A stretch of DNA of 64,000 nucleotides, taken from positions 544,001-608,000 of the forward strand of contig CAVVYR010000006.1 in assembly GCA_963752475.1 (NCBI GenBank), read 5' to 3'. The translations under genes were made by a program, and so were the position numbers. Source of the stretch: an uncultured Chloroflexia bacterium. GTDB lineage: Bacteria > Chloroflexota > Limnocylindria > Limnocylindrales > CSP1-4. A model generated the notes under the pieces. It did no database searches. It saw nothing but the letters and a program-made list of their open reading frames with translations, and was not told the origin of the DNA. The first letter of the stretch is position 1, and each line of letters begins with the position of its first letter. Shown piece by piece: positions 19,159 to 29,242 of this stretch.

Positions 19159-20760
19159 GTGCCACAACGCTACGACGCGGTCGTCATCGGTGGCGGCCAC
19201 AACGGCCTCATCAGCGGCGCCTACCTATCGAAGGCGGGTCTCAAGACGCTCGTGCTCGAGCGTCGGGAGGTCCTGGGCGGAGCGACGCTCACGATGGAGG
19301 TCTTCCCCGGCTTCCGCTTCAGCGTGCTCTCGTACGTGGTCAGCCTCCTGCGTCCGGAGATCATCCGCGACCTGCAGCTGCCCAAGCACGGCCTGCACAT
19401 CCTCCCGCTCGACGGGACCTTCACGCCCACCGACGGGGACCACCTCTGGCGCACCGATGACCACGCCCACACGATGCGCGAGCTGCGCCGCTGGTCCATC
19501 AACGACGCCGAGGCCTACGAGGAGTACGGCCAGCTGATGGCGCAGATGGCGCGCTTCATCAAGCCCATCCTCGCGATGACCCCGACCGACCTGCGACGGC
19601 CGGACCCACGTGACGCGGCCGACCTCGGCTCGCTGGTCAAGGACTTCTCCCAGCTGCCGCGCAAGCAGCAGCTGACGTTCGTGCAACTGATGACGATGAG
19701 CGCGGCCGAGTTCCTCGATCGCTGGTTCGAGACCGCCCCGCTGAAGGGCACGATGAGCGCCAGCGGCATCATCGGCACCAACCTTGGCGTGCACTCACCC
19801 GGCACGGCCTACGTCCTGCTGCACCACTACATGGGTGAGATCGACGGCGCCTTCCGCGCCTGGGGCATCCCCAAGGGTGGCACCGGCGGCGTGGCTGCCG
19901 CCATCGCTTCGGCGGCTCGTGCGCTGGGCACCGAGATCCGCACCGAGGCGCCGGTCTCCGAGATCCTCGTCAAGGAGGGGAAGGCTACCGGTGTCGTGCT
20001 CGAGGATGGCGAGGAGATCGAGGCCACGCACGTGCTTTCGACCCTCGACGCCAAGCGCACGTTCCTGGACGTCGTGCCCAGCGGCACGCTGCCGCCTGAC
20101 TTCGAGGCCGAGGTCAAGCGCTTCCGCTTCCGCGGCTCGAGCGGCAAGGTCAACCTCGCGCTCGATGGGCTGCCATCGTTCATCTCGCTGCCAGGCCCCG
20201 GCGAGCATCTCCGTGGGGCCATGAGCTTCAGCCCCTCGGTCGAATACATGGAGACGGCCTACGACGATGCCAAGGCCGGCCGCTTCAGCCGCAAGCCCTA
20301 CATCGACATGATCATCCCCACGTTGGTCGATCCCACCATGGCCCCACCCGGCAAACACGTCATGAGCTGCTTCGTGCACTGGGCGCCGTACCACCTCGCC
20401 GAGGACCAGGGCACCTGGGACGACCAGAAGGAGGCCTTCGGCGACGCGGTCATCGACGTCATCGCCGAGCGGGCTCCGAACATCCGCGACATCATCCTGC
20501 ACCGTCAGGTCATGACCCCCCTCGACATGGAGCGGGACGTGGGCCTGACCGAGGGCAACATCTTCCAGGGTGAGCTCACGCTCGAACAGCTCTTCTTCAA
20601 CCGCCCGGTCCCGGGTTGGAGCCGCTTCGAGACACCGCTCGAGAACTTCTGGCTGGCCGGATCCTCGACCCATCCGGGCGGCGGGATCATGGGTGCCAAC
20701 GGACGCATCGCGGCCATGAAGGTGCTCCAACAGATGAAGCGGACGGGGGGTGCCGCATGA
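19159..20760 (+). CDS. Phytoene-desaturase-like FAD oxidoreductase
   Basis: GGGHNGL Rossmann motif, PKGGTG, GNIFQG and THPGGG. Confidence 0.9.
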   Translation: MPQRYDAVVIGGGHNGLISGAYLSKAGLKTLVLERREVLGGATLTMEVFPGFRFSVLSYVVSLLRPEIIRDLQLPKHGLHILPLDGTFTPTDGDHLWRTDDHAHTMRELRRWSINDAEAYEEYGQLMAQMARFIKPILAMTPTDLRRPDPRDAADLGSLVKDFSQLPRKQQLTFVQLMTMSAAEFLDRWFETAPLKGTMSASGIIGTNLGVHSPGTAYVLLHHYMGEIDGAFRAWGIPKGGTGGVAAAIASAARALGTEIRTEAPVSEILVKEGKATGVVLEDGEEIEATHVLSTLDAKRTFLDVVPSGTLPPDFEAEVKRFRFRGSSGKVNLALDGLPSFISLPGPGEHLRGAMSFSPSVEYMETAYDDAKAGRFSRKPYIDMIIPTLVDPTMAPPGKHVMSCFVHWAPYHLAEDQGTWDDQKEAFGDAVIDVIAERAPNIRDIILHRQVMTPLDMERDVGLTEGNIFQGELTLEQLFFNRPVPGWSRFETPLENFWLAGSSTHPGGGIMGANGRIAAMKVLQQMKRTGGAA

Positions 20761-22373
20761 CCACGCAGCGCTGGGATGCCATCGTCGTCGGTGGCGGCCA
20801 CAACGGCCTCGTCGCCGCGGCCTACCTTGGCCGTGCCGGCCTCCGCACCCTGCTACTCGAGCAACGCGAGTCGGTCGGTGGCGCCCTGGGCACCTCCGAG
20901 ATCGCACCTTCTGCTCGCGTACCGACGCTGGCCCACACCGTCGGCCGCCTGACGCCGGCGGTGGCGCGGGAGTTGGAGCTCTCCAAGCACGGGCTGCGCC
21001 TGGTGCAGCCGGCCGCGCTGGCCACATCCGTCGGCGGCGACGGTGCGCCCATCACCCTGTGGAACGATCCCGCACGCACGGCCGCCGGCCTGGGCGCGGT
21101 GTCGGCTGCCGACGCCGCGGCCTGGGGACCGTTCGACGCGGAGGTCCGGGCGCTGGCCTCGACCCTCTGGCGACTGCTCCTGATGACGCCGCCGGACACG
21201 AAGGAGGCCAATCCAGACGTGCTCGCGGCTGGGCTGAAGTTCGGCTGGCGCTATCGCCAGCTGGAGCCTCGCCACGCGCGCGAGTTCACGCGTATGTTGC
21301 CCACGGCCATCGCCGATTACCTCGAGGACAACCTCCAGACCGACGCCTTGCGGGCGCTCATCGCCACGCGCGGTGTGCGGTACACCGCCATGAGCCCGCA
21401 CCACGGTGGCACCTCTGCGGTGATGCTGACCGACTCGGCCGGCAACCACGGGGGTGCGGCCGGCGAGACCGTCTACGCCCGGGGTGGCCCCGGCGCGTTG
21501 GCGGCGGCCATCGCCGAAGCGGCTCGAACCGCCGGTGTCGAGATCCGCACCGGTGCCCAGGTCGTCGCCTTCCGTGACGACCACGAGTCGATGCAGGGCG
21601 TGGCCCTCGCGGACGGCACCGAGCTGGAGACGAGGGTCGTGGTCAGCGGGCTCGATCCGCGCACGACACTCCAGGTGCTCACTGACCCCGAGACGCTCGG
21701 GCCCGAGCTGGGCTGGGAGGTCGACAACCTCCGCGACAAGGGCGTGACCGCCAAGGTCAACCTGGCCCTGGCCGACCTGCCCCACTTCGAAGGCCTCGAT
21801 GGCGACGATGGCGCGACACGACTGCGTGGACGCCTCGTCCTCGCGCCCTCGCTGCGCTACCTCGACCAGGCGGCCGATGCGGCCAAGTACGGTCGGATCA
21901 GCGAGGCGCCCTGGCTGGAGGCGACGATCCCCAGCCTCGTCGACCCGTTGCTCGTCGACGGTGCCGCGGCCAGCGGCGTGAAGCACGTCATGAGCGTGCT
22001 CGTGCAGTCGGCCCCGTATGCGCTGCGCGACGACGACTGGGAGAGCCAGCGCGAACCGCTCGGCGATCTCGTGGTCGAGACCCTGGAGCGAGCGGCGCCG
22101 GGCATCAGCAAGCTCGTCGTGGCCCGCGAGGTGTGCACGCCCGTGGACATCGAAGCCCAGTTCGGTGTCAGTGGCGGCCATCCGCTGCACCTGGAGCCGG
22201 GACTCGACCAGTGGTTCGCCTGGCGACCGTTGCTGGGCTACGCCCGACACCGCATGCCGGTCAAGGGGTTGTATCTCGCGGCCGCGGGGGCACACCCCGG
22301 TGGCGGTGTCACCGGTCTGCCCGGCCGGAACGCAGCTGCGGCCGTCCTCGCCGATCTCAAGGGGGAGCGCTAG
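20757..22373 (+). CDS. Phytoene-desaturase-like FAD oxidoreductase (paralog)
   Basis: GGGHNGL, KVNLAL, IPSLVDP and AHPGGG; ATGA overlap. Confidence 0.88.
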   Translation: MTTQRWDAIVVGGGHNGLVAAAYLGRAGLRTLLLEQRESVGGALGTSEIAPSARVPTLAHTVGRLTPAVARELELSKHGLRLVQPAALATSVGGDGAPITLWNDPARTAAGLGAVSAADAAAWGPFDAEVRALASTLWRLLLMTPPDTKEANPDVLAAGLKFGWRYRQLEPRHAREFTRMLPTAIADYLEDNLQTDALRALIATRGVRYTAMSPHHGGTSAVMLTDSAGNHGGAAGETVYARGGPGALAAAIAEAARTAGVEIRTGAQVVAFRDDHESMQGVALADGTELETRVVVSGLDPRTTLQVLTDPETLGPELGWEVDNLRDKGVTAKVNLALADLPHFEGLDGDDGATRLRGRLVLAPSLRYLDQAADAAKYGRISEAPWLEATIPSLVDPLLVDGAAASGVKHVMSVLVQSAPYALRDDDWESQREPLGDLVVETLERAAPGISKLVVAREVCTPVDIEAQFGVSGGHPLHLEPGLDQWFAWRPLLGYARHRMPVKGLYLAAAGAHPGGGVTGLPGRNAAAAVLADLKGER

Positions 22374-22429
22374 ACACCTCGCGTCAAGGCGGCGCTCGCG
22401 CCGGTGGAGTGACGCTCCACGCCGAGGCG

Positions 22430-23413
22430 CTACTCGGCCGCCGGGTCGTCGCTCGTCGTCTCGACCCGCCACTCCCAGCTGTGGATACGATCGAGCAGCC
22501 GCCGCGCGGTGAGGTCCAGCTGGATGGGCGTGATGGCCACCGCGCCGGTGGAGACCGCGTGGAAGTCGGTCCCGGGGTCGGAGACGCCGGTCGGCGGCGG
22601 GCCGCCGAACCAGTAGTAGGGCACGCCGCGCGGGTCGAGCCGTTCGAGCAGCTTGTCCTGGTAGACACGCTTGCCCATGCGCGTGAGCTCGATCCGCGGT
22701 GGGTCGTCGGCGGCCTGCGCCGGCGTGTTGACGTTGAGCAGCTCACCCTCGCCGAGGCCATGCTCGAGGATGTTGCGCGCGACCATCTGGGCCACCTGCC
22801 CGGCCAGCTCGAAGTCGGGCTCGTCGCTCCATTCCTGGCTCATGGCGAATGCCGGGCAGCTGCTGAGCACGGCTTCCATGGCCGCGCCGACGGTGCCCGA
22901 GTAGGTGATGTCGTCGCCGAGGTTGGAGCCGTAGTTGATGCCTGAGGCCACGAGGTCGAAGCTGATGCCGAAGTAGCCCAGGAAGGCCACGCCCACCGCA
23001 TCGGTCGGGGAGCCGTCGACCGACCAGCCGGTCGAGCCGTCGTCGAGCCGGCGCTCACGGACACGCAGCGGCCGCATGAAGGTCATCGAGTGACCGACGG
23101 CCGACTGGTTCGTGGCCGGGGCCATGACGTAGACATCGCCGATCGGCTCCAGCGCCTGCTTCAGCGCCAACAACCCACGCGACTCGATGCCGTCGTCGTT
23201 GGTCACGAGGATGCGCGGCCGCGTCTCCCACTCGGATAGCGGCTTGGCCTGGCGCGGTGTGGCGCGAGCGGTCGGGATATAGCGGCCGTGCGCTGCGAGG
23301 TCGGTGTGGTCGTCGTAGGCCCCGGTGAGTCCGTCGGCCGGTGTGCCCGACCGGGTTCGCTTCGCGGGCGCGTCGTGGACTTCGCCTGGTGTCAACTCCT
23401 GCTCATCGGTCAT
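22430..23413 (-). CDS. surE: 5'/3'-nucleotidase SurE
   Basis: ILVTNDDG, NQSA, SGINYGSNLG and YSGTVGAAMEA. Confidence 0.93.
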   Translation of the reverse strand: MTDEQELTPGEVHDAPAKRTRSGTPADGLTGAYDDHTDLAAHGRYIPTARATPRQAKPLSEWETRPRILVTNDDGIESRGLLALKQALEPIGDVYVMAPATNQSAVGHSMTFMRPLRVRERRLDDGSTGWSVDGSPTDAVGVAFLGYFGISFDLVASGINYGSNLGDDITYSGTVGAAMEAVLSSCPAFAMSQEWSDEPDFELAGQVAQMVARNILEHGLGEGELLNVNTPAQAADDPPRIELTRMGKRVYQDKLLERLDPRGVPYYWFGGPPPTGVSDPGTDFHAVSTGAVAITPIQLDLTARRLLDRIHSWEWRVETTSDDPAAE

Positions 23414-24642
23414 GTCGGCTCCTCGTCATCTGCTGCGGTATCGGTGGAGGTGGCGGGCCCTGTCCTGGTTCCGCCGTGAGGCGAGCCTACGACCGGGGGC
23501 GTCGGGACGCGGACCGGTCGGCCTTGGCGCTCCTCGAGCCGGCGAGCGGCTCGGCTGGTGACGTCACGGGGCCCGCCCTGGCTGCGGTTGAGATAGTGGA
23601 AGAAGAAGGCACTGATGACAGCCGCCACGGGAATGGCGAAGATGGCGCCGATGACGCCCTGCAGGCGCAGGCCGATGAGCACGCTCAGCAGCACCACCAC
23701 CGGGTGGATGCCGACGGCGCTCGACATCACGCGTGGCTGGATGAAGTTCATGGTCACGAACCAGCCGGCCCACATGATGATGAGGATCCAGATGACCGCG
23801 TCGGGCTGGGTCAGCACGGCCGCGATGACCGGTGGCGACCACGACACGAACGGCCCGAAGAACGGGATGAACTGGAAGAACGCCACGAGGGCCGTGGTCA
23901 ACGGCATGTACTCGATGTCGAGCACGAAGCTGCCGGCCGCCGCCACCGAGCCCAGCACCAGGGCCTGGATGGCCTGGCCCCGCATGAAGCCGCCGAAGGA
24001 GGAGGCCACGCTGGTCCGGAACAGGCGCATCTCCGGCGCGTAGCGCGGGGGCGTGATGCGGTTCACGAAGCCGAGCAGGTTGTCCTTGTCGACGACGATG
24101 AAGAGCGACAGGAAGATCATGATCACGAGGTTGCCCAGCACGCCCAGGCTGGCGAAGGCTACGTCCTGCAGCGGGCCCACGAACTGGCCCGATGAGCGCG
24201 CCAGCTCCTGCAGGCCCTGGTCAAGGACGACCTCGAGATCGACCTGCAGGCTAAGGTCGTCGAGCCGCTGCTGCCAGGGAGCGACGATCTCGGGCACGCG
24301 CTCCTGCAGCGAGGGCAGCTCATCGGTGAAGTCGACGATGGAGTTGGCGAGGCCAGTGGCGATGATCAGCCCGAGACCGATGAGCACGATGAAGAGGAGG
24401 CCGTAGACCACGACCACCGGGATCAGGCGTGGGACCGCCGGAGCGAGGCGTCCGAAGCCGTCGACGACCGGGTTGAGCACGAAGGCGAAGACCCAGGCCA
24501 TCACCACGATGAGGATGATGTCGCTGAAGTAGACGATGACGTCCGCGGCGAGGTTGATGAAGACCAGGCCGACGGTAAGGGTGGCCAGGATCAGGAGCGC
24601 ACGGATCCAGCGCCCTTCCTGCTCGATGAGCCGGGACAACAT
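23410..24642 (-). CDS. AI-2E family transporter
   Basis: Multiple TM segments; FIPFFG, IQPRVM and AIFAIPVAA. Confidence 0.88.
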   Translation of the reverse strand: MLSRLIEQEGRWIRALLILATLTVGLVFINLAADVIVYFSDIILIVVMAWVFAFVLNPVVDGFGRLAPAVPRLIPVVVVYGLLFIVLIGLGLIIATGLANSIVDFTDELPSLQERVPEIVAPWQQRLDDLSLQVDLEVVLDQGLQELARSSGQFVGPLQDVAFASLGVLGNLVIMIFLSLFIVVDKDNLLGFVNRITPPRYAPEMRLFRTSVASSFGGFMRGQAIQALVLGSVAAAGSFVLDIEYMPLTTALVAFFQFIPFFGPFVSWSPPVIAAVLTQPDAVIWILIIMWAGWFVTMNFIQPRVMSSAVGIHPVVVLLSVLIGLRLQGVIGAIFAIPVAAVISAFFFHYLNRSQGGPRDVTSRAARRLEERQGRPVRVPTPPVVGSPHGGTRTGPATSTDTAADDEEPT

Positions 24643-24687
24643 GGGCCGAGTCTACTCTGAGCCGACGGGCATCCAGCCGTCCTCAGG

Positions 24688-25722
24688 CTAGCGGCGGGGC
24701 GCCAACCCCATGCGCTCGTGACACTCGGCCAGCGTGTCGGCGGCCTTCGGTGCGAGCGTGTCCGCGCCGGCTGCGAGGATCTCCTCCACGAGGCCCGGCT
24801 TGGCCTTCAGCTCGGCGTATCGCTCGCGCGCCTCGCCGAAGTAGCCCAGCATGCGCTCGACGAGCAGCTTCTTGGTGGCTACGCAACCGGTGGTGGCGCT
24901 GCGCTCGCCCTCCCAGATGTCCTCGTAGTCATCGGGGCTGAAGATCCGGTGCATCTGGCACACGTTGCAGACCTCCGGGCGACCCGGGTCAGACAGGCGC
25001 TGGCGCTGGGTGTCGGTGACCATCGACATGACCTGCTTCCGGATGGTGTCCTCGTCGGCGAAGATCTCGATGACGTTGCCGAGTGACTTGGACATCTTGG
25101 ACTCGCCGTCGGTGCCCTTGACGATGGGCGCCTCGCTGAACACCGCCTGCGGCTCGGGGAAGGTCTCGCCGTAGCGGCTGTTGAAGGCGCGGACGATCTC
25201 TCGCGCCAGCTCCAGGTGCGCCGCCTGGTCCTTGCCCACAGGCACGTAGTCAGCCTTGTAGATGGCGATGTCCGCCGCCTGCAGCACGGGGTAGTTGAAG
25301 AGCGCGAGGTTGACGTCGTCGGGCTGGACCCGCCGCTTCTCCTTGAACGAGGGTGTGCGTTCGACCCAGCCCATGGGCGTGACCGAGGCGAAGAGCCACA
25401 TCAGCTCGATGTGCTCGAGCCGATCGGACTGGCGGAAGAGCACGGCCTTGTCGGGATCGAGACCCAGCGCCAGCAGGCCCAACGCCATCTCGTTGGTCGC
25501 GACCCGGATGAGCTCGGCGTCGTGGGTCGATGTCAGCGCGTGGTAGTCGACGATGCAGTAGATGGCGTCGAAGCCGTCCTGCATGGCGATGTAGTTGCTG
25601 AAGGCACCGAGGTGGTTGCCCACGTGCGGCAGGCCGCTGGGCTGGACGCCGCTGAAGACGCGTCCGCCACTCCCCGGCTTCGGGCTGGCGCTGGTGGTGG
25701 GCTGAGTCATGGTGTCGGTCAT
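24688..25722 (-). CDS. trpS: Tryptophanyl-tRNA synthetase
   Basis: SGVQPSG, HVGN, YPVLQAADI, VPVGKDQ and KMSKS. Confidence 0.96.
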   Translation of the reverse strand: MTDTMTQPTTSASPKPGSGGRVFSGVQPSGLPHVGNHLGAFSNYIAMQDGFDAIYCIVDYHALTSTHDAELIRVATNEMALGLLALGLDPDKAVLFRQSDRLEHIELMWLFASVTPMGWVERTPSFKEKRRVQPDDVNLALFNYPVLQAADIAIYKADYVPVGKDQAAHLELAREIVRAFNSRYGETFPEPQAVFSEAPIVKGTDGESKMSKSLGNVIEIFADEDTIRKQVMSMVTDTQRQRLSDPGRPEVCNVCQMHRIFSPDDYEDIWEGERSATTGCVATKKLLVERMLGYFGEARERYAELKAKPGLVEEILAAGADTLAPKAADTLAECHERMGLAPRR

Positions 25723-25811
25723 GGGTACTCGAGTGAAGTCGGGGTGGGTCGCGCGGCCGAGAGCCGTCGCCGCCCGACTCTAGCAGGCGTGCGCTGCGCT
25801 ACGATCGGGCC

Positions 25812-27116
25812 ATGGATCATGATGCCTCCGAGATGACGAACACATCGGCCGAGCCTGACTCCGAGCGAAGCGGTCCGCGAGTGGCCCTGTTCGGTCTGGG
25901 TACCGTGGGCACTGCCGTGGCTGAGCGTCTGCTGGACCCGGCCTGGGCGGCAGGCGTGGTGGCCCGAGGGCAGGCGGCCCCGAAGCTCGTGGGCGTGGCC
26001 GACCTCGACCTCGAGCGCGATCGCGGCCTGGACATCCCCGATGACGTCCGCCAGGTCACCGACTATCACGAGTTGCTCGACGACGAGGTCGACGTCGTCG
26101 TCGAGCTCATCGGCGGCTCGGGTGTGGCAGGTCAGGCCGTGCTCGATGCCTTCGCCGCGGGCAAGAGCGTCGTCACCGCCAACAAGGACCTCATCGCCCG
26201 GCGTGGCTCGGAGCTGGAGGATGCTGCTCGCGAGTCCGGCCGGTCGCTGCGCTTCGAGGCCGCCGTCCTCGCCGGTGTGCCCGTCCTGGGTCCTCTGGTC
26301 GGCGAGCTCGGTGCCAACGAGGTGCAGGTCATCCGCGGCATCCTCAACGGCACCACCAACTACATCCTGAGCACCATGGGTTCCGATGCGCGCGAGTACG
26401 CCGACGTCCTCGCCGAGGCCCAGGCCCGCGGCTACGCGGAGGCGGACCCCGTCAGCGACGTGGAAGGCTGGGACGCGGCCTACAAGCTGGTCATCCTCAG
26501 CCGCCTGGCGTGGGGTGGCTGGATCGATATCGAGCAGGTCCGGCGCAGCGCACCGGCCGTCGGTGGCGAGGCCGCTGACGGCATCACCGGCGTCCAGCGC
26601 AGCCACATGAGCGTGGCCGCGCGGCTCGGCCTCGTGCTCAAGCTCGTCTCCCGTGCGGAGCGTACCGGCGACGGGGTCCGTGGCGCGGTCACGCCCATGG
26701 CCCTCAAGGCCAGCTCGCGCCTGGGGGCTACCAGCGGCGTCACCAACTACGTCGAGTTCGGGGCTGACCCGGTCGGCCGCGTGTCGATGGCCGGACCCGG
26801 CGCGGGCGGCCCGGCGACCTCGAGCGCGATCCTCGCCGACGTCCTGGCTCTGGGCCAGGACGGAGGGTCCACCTGGGGCATCCTGCGACCGGCTGACCGC
26901 CAGGAGCTGGAGGACGACCTCGGCGGCGAGCGCGGCTGGCTCGTCATCATCGAGGGCCTGGGCGAGGCCGGCTTCCCCGATGCGGTCAAGGAGCTCGCGC
27001 TCGCCAGCACCGACGAAGGCTTCGTTTCCAAGCCCTCGAGCCTCATCGCCATGACCGCCAAGCTGGGGCTCGTCGAGCGCCCCGTGACCGTGTACCCCGT
27101 CCTCGCGGACGCCTAG
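25812..27116 (+). CDS. hom: Homoserine dehydrogenase
   Basis: GLGTVG, VVTANK, GILNGTTNYIL, GYAEADP and GPGAGG. Confidence 0.94.
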   Translation: MDHDASEMTNTSAEPDSERSGPRVALFGLGTVGTAVAERLLDPAWAAGVVARGQAAPKLVGVADLDLERDRGLDIPDDVRQVTDYHELLDDEVDVVVELIGGSGVAGQAVLDAFAAGKSVVTANKDLIARRGSELEDAARESGRSLRFEAAVLAGVPVLGPLVGELGANEVQVIRGILNGTTNYILSTMGSDAREYADVLAEAQARGYAEADPVSDVEGWDAAYKLVILSRLAWGGWIDIEQVRRSAPAVGGEAADGITGVQRSHMSVAARLGLVLKLVSRAERTGDGVRGAVTPMALKASSRLGATSGVTNYVEFGADPVGRVSMAGPGAGGPATSSAILADVLALGQDGGSTWGILRPADRQELEDDLGGERGWLVIIEGLGEAGFPDAVKELALASTDEGFVSKPSSLIAMTAKLGLVERPVTVYPVLADA

Positions 27117-27125
27117 GAGAAGCCC

Positions 27126-28235
27126 ATGAGTCAGGTCCTGCAGCAGCTCCGGGAGGAGCGATCGAGCATGGGTCGCCGCCCGCGACTGATGGAGCGTTTC
27201 GCTGACTTCCTGCCGCTGACCGAGGCCACGCCGGCGCTGGGGCTGGGAGAGGGCTTCACGCCCCTGGTCCGGGCCTGCAACCTCGGCCAGGCCCTCGGTA
27301 TCGAGCGTCTGTACCTGAAGGTGGAGGGCCAGAACCCCACCGGCTCGTTCAAGGATCGCGGCATGGTCGTGGCTGTGGCCAAGGCCATCGAGGGCGGCGC
27401 GCGCGCCGTCATCTGCGCCTCCACCGGCAACACCAGCTCCTCGGCCGCCTGCTACGCCGCCAGCGCCGGCATCGAGGCCGTCATCGTGCTGCCCAAGGGC
27501 AAGATCGCCGCGGGCAAGATGCTCCAGGGCCAGGCCGCCGGAGCGCGCGTGGTGGCCATCGAGGGCAACTTCGATGACGCCCTGCGCATCGTGCGCGAGA
27601 TGACTGCCGAGCGTGACCCCGACTATCCGGTCGAGTTGGTCAACTCCGTCAACCCGTATCGCCTCGAGGGCCAGAAGACGGCCGCTTTCGAGATCTGCGA
27701 GGACCTCGGCGCAGTGCCCGACTACCTCGCCATCCCGGTCGGCAACGCGGGCAACATCAGCGCCTATTGGAAAGGCTTCAAGGAGTACCGCGACGCGGGC
27801 CTGGTGGGCTCGACGCCGAAGATGATCGGCTTCCAGGCCGAGGGCGCCTCACCCCTGGTGCAGGGTCATGACTTCGACGAGCCTCACACTATCGCCACTG
27901 CCATCCGCATCGGCCGACCGGCCAGCGGCCACCTCGCGCTCGCCGCGCGGGATGAGTCGGGCGGGCTGATCGACGCCGTCACCGACGAGCAGATCCTGGC
28001 CGCCTATCGCGACATCGCACGCACGGAGGGCATCTTCTGCGAGCCTGCTTCGGCGGCTTCGGTGGCTGGTGTGCGCAAGGCGGTGGCCGATGGTCGCGTC
28101 GACCCACAGGCGACGGTCGTGGCCGTGCTCACCGGCCTGGGCCTGAAAGACCCCGACACGGCCATGCGCCTGGCCGATCCGAACCTCGAGGCGGAGCCCA
28201 CGGTCGAGGCCGTTCGCGGCGCCCTCGGCTGGTGA
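27126..28235 (+). CDS. thrC: Threonine synthase
   Basis: NPTGSFKDRG, ASTGNT, PVGNAGN and EPASAAS. Confidence 0.96.
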   Translation: MSQVLQQLREERSSMGRRPRLMERFADFLPLTEATPALGLGEGFTPLVRACNLGQALGIERLYLKVEGQNPTGSFKDRGMVVAVAKAIEGGARAVICASTGNTSSSAACYAASAGIEAVIVLPKGKIAAGKMLQGQAAGARVVAIEGNFDDALRIVREMTAERDPDYPVELVNSVNPYRLEGQKTAAFEICEDLGAVPDYLAIPVGNAGNISAYWKGFKEYRDAGLVGSTPKMIGFQAEGASPLVQGHDFDEPHTIATAIRIGRPASGHLALAARDESGGLIDAVTDEQILAAYRDIARTEGIFCEPASAASVAGVRKAVADGRVDPQATVVAVLTGLGLKDPDTAMRLADPNLEAEPTVEAVRGALGW

Positions 28236-29233
28236 GTGCCGTGCGCTCCGGCGCCGACCTCATCGGGCGTCGGATCACGGTCGATGTCCCCGCCACCACG
28301 GCCAACCTCGGCGCGGGTTTCGATGCCCTGGCCATGGCCCTCGACCTGGCCACGATCATCGAGGTCGAGGCCATCCCGCCCGATACCGAGCCGGCCTTCC
28401 ACGTCGACGTCCACGGGGAGGGAGCAGGGCACCTGCCGACCGGGCGACGCAACCGCTTCATCAGCGCGCTCATCGACGGGCTCGAGGATGCCGGCATGGA
28501 TGCCTCCGGCTGTGGCTGGCACGTACGCATGGACAACCGCATCCCCGTCACCCGTGGCCTGGGCTCATCGGCTTCGGCCACGGTGGCAGCGCTGGTGGCC
28601 GCCGACGAGCTGCTCGCCGGCGCACTCGGAGACCAGCGCATCCTGGAACTGGCAGCCATCGCTGAAGGGCACCCCGACAACGCCGCCGCTGCGGTCTACG
28701 GCGGGCTCTGCGTCGTGGCCGATGTCGCAGGCGAGCCGCGGGCCATCCGCATCGAGCCGCCCGCGAACCTCCTGGCTGCGCTCTACATCCCGGACAAGCA
28801 CCTCTCGACCGCGGCCATGCGCGCGGCCCTGCCGGAGCACGTGCCCTTCGCCGATGCCGTACACAACGTCGGCGCGGCCACCCTCACCGTGGCTGCGCTC
28901 AGCGAAGGGCGGCTCGACCTGCTCGGCGCCGGTACCGTCGATCGCCTGCACGAGCCCTACCGCGCGGCAGCCTATCCTGAGCTGCCGGAGCTCATCGAGG
29001 CGGCGCTCGCCGCTGGCGCCAAGGGCGCTTGCATGTCGGGCGCCGGCCCCACCGTCATCGCCTTCAGTGACGAAGGCGCGGCCGCGGCCACCATCGCGGC
29101 GGCCATGGAGCGCCGTGCCCAGTCACTCCGGATGAGGGGACGAGCCGCGGTACAGGCGGTCAGGCTTGAAGGTGCACACGTGATCGGGCGTGCTGGTGCG
29201 CCGCCGGAAAGCGCATCGCTGCCGCTCGCGTAG
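28232..29233 (+). CDS. thrB: Homoserine kinase
   Basis: PATTANLGAGFD, RGLGSSA, EGHPDN and SGAGPT. Confidence 0.95.
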   Translation: MSAVRSGADLIGRRITVDVPATTANLGAGFDALAMALDLATIIEVEAIPPDTEPAFHVDVHGEGAGHLPTGRRNRFISALIDGLEDAGMDASGCGWHVRMDNRIPVTRGLGSSASATVAALVAADELLAGALGDQRILELAAIAEGHPDNAAAAVYGGLCVVADVAGEPRAIRIEPPANLLAALYIPDKHLSTAAMRAALPEHVPFADAVHNVGAATLTVAALSEGRLDLLGAGTVDRLHEPYRAAAYPELPELIEAALAAGAKGACMSGAGPTVIAFSDEGAAAATIAAAMERRAQSLRMRGRAAVQAVRLEGAHVIGRAGAPPESASLPLA

Positions 29234-29242
29234 ACTCGAGGC

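Noticed and set aside
19159-22373. Carotenoid biosynthesis (crtI) cluster
   Set aside because: No crtB, crtE or cyclase nearby; context points to a non-carotenoid subfamily.
25723-25811. T-box or attenuator for trpS or the thr operon
   Set aside because: The intergenic region is under 90 nt, has no T-box motif, and hom looks leaderless.
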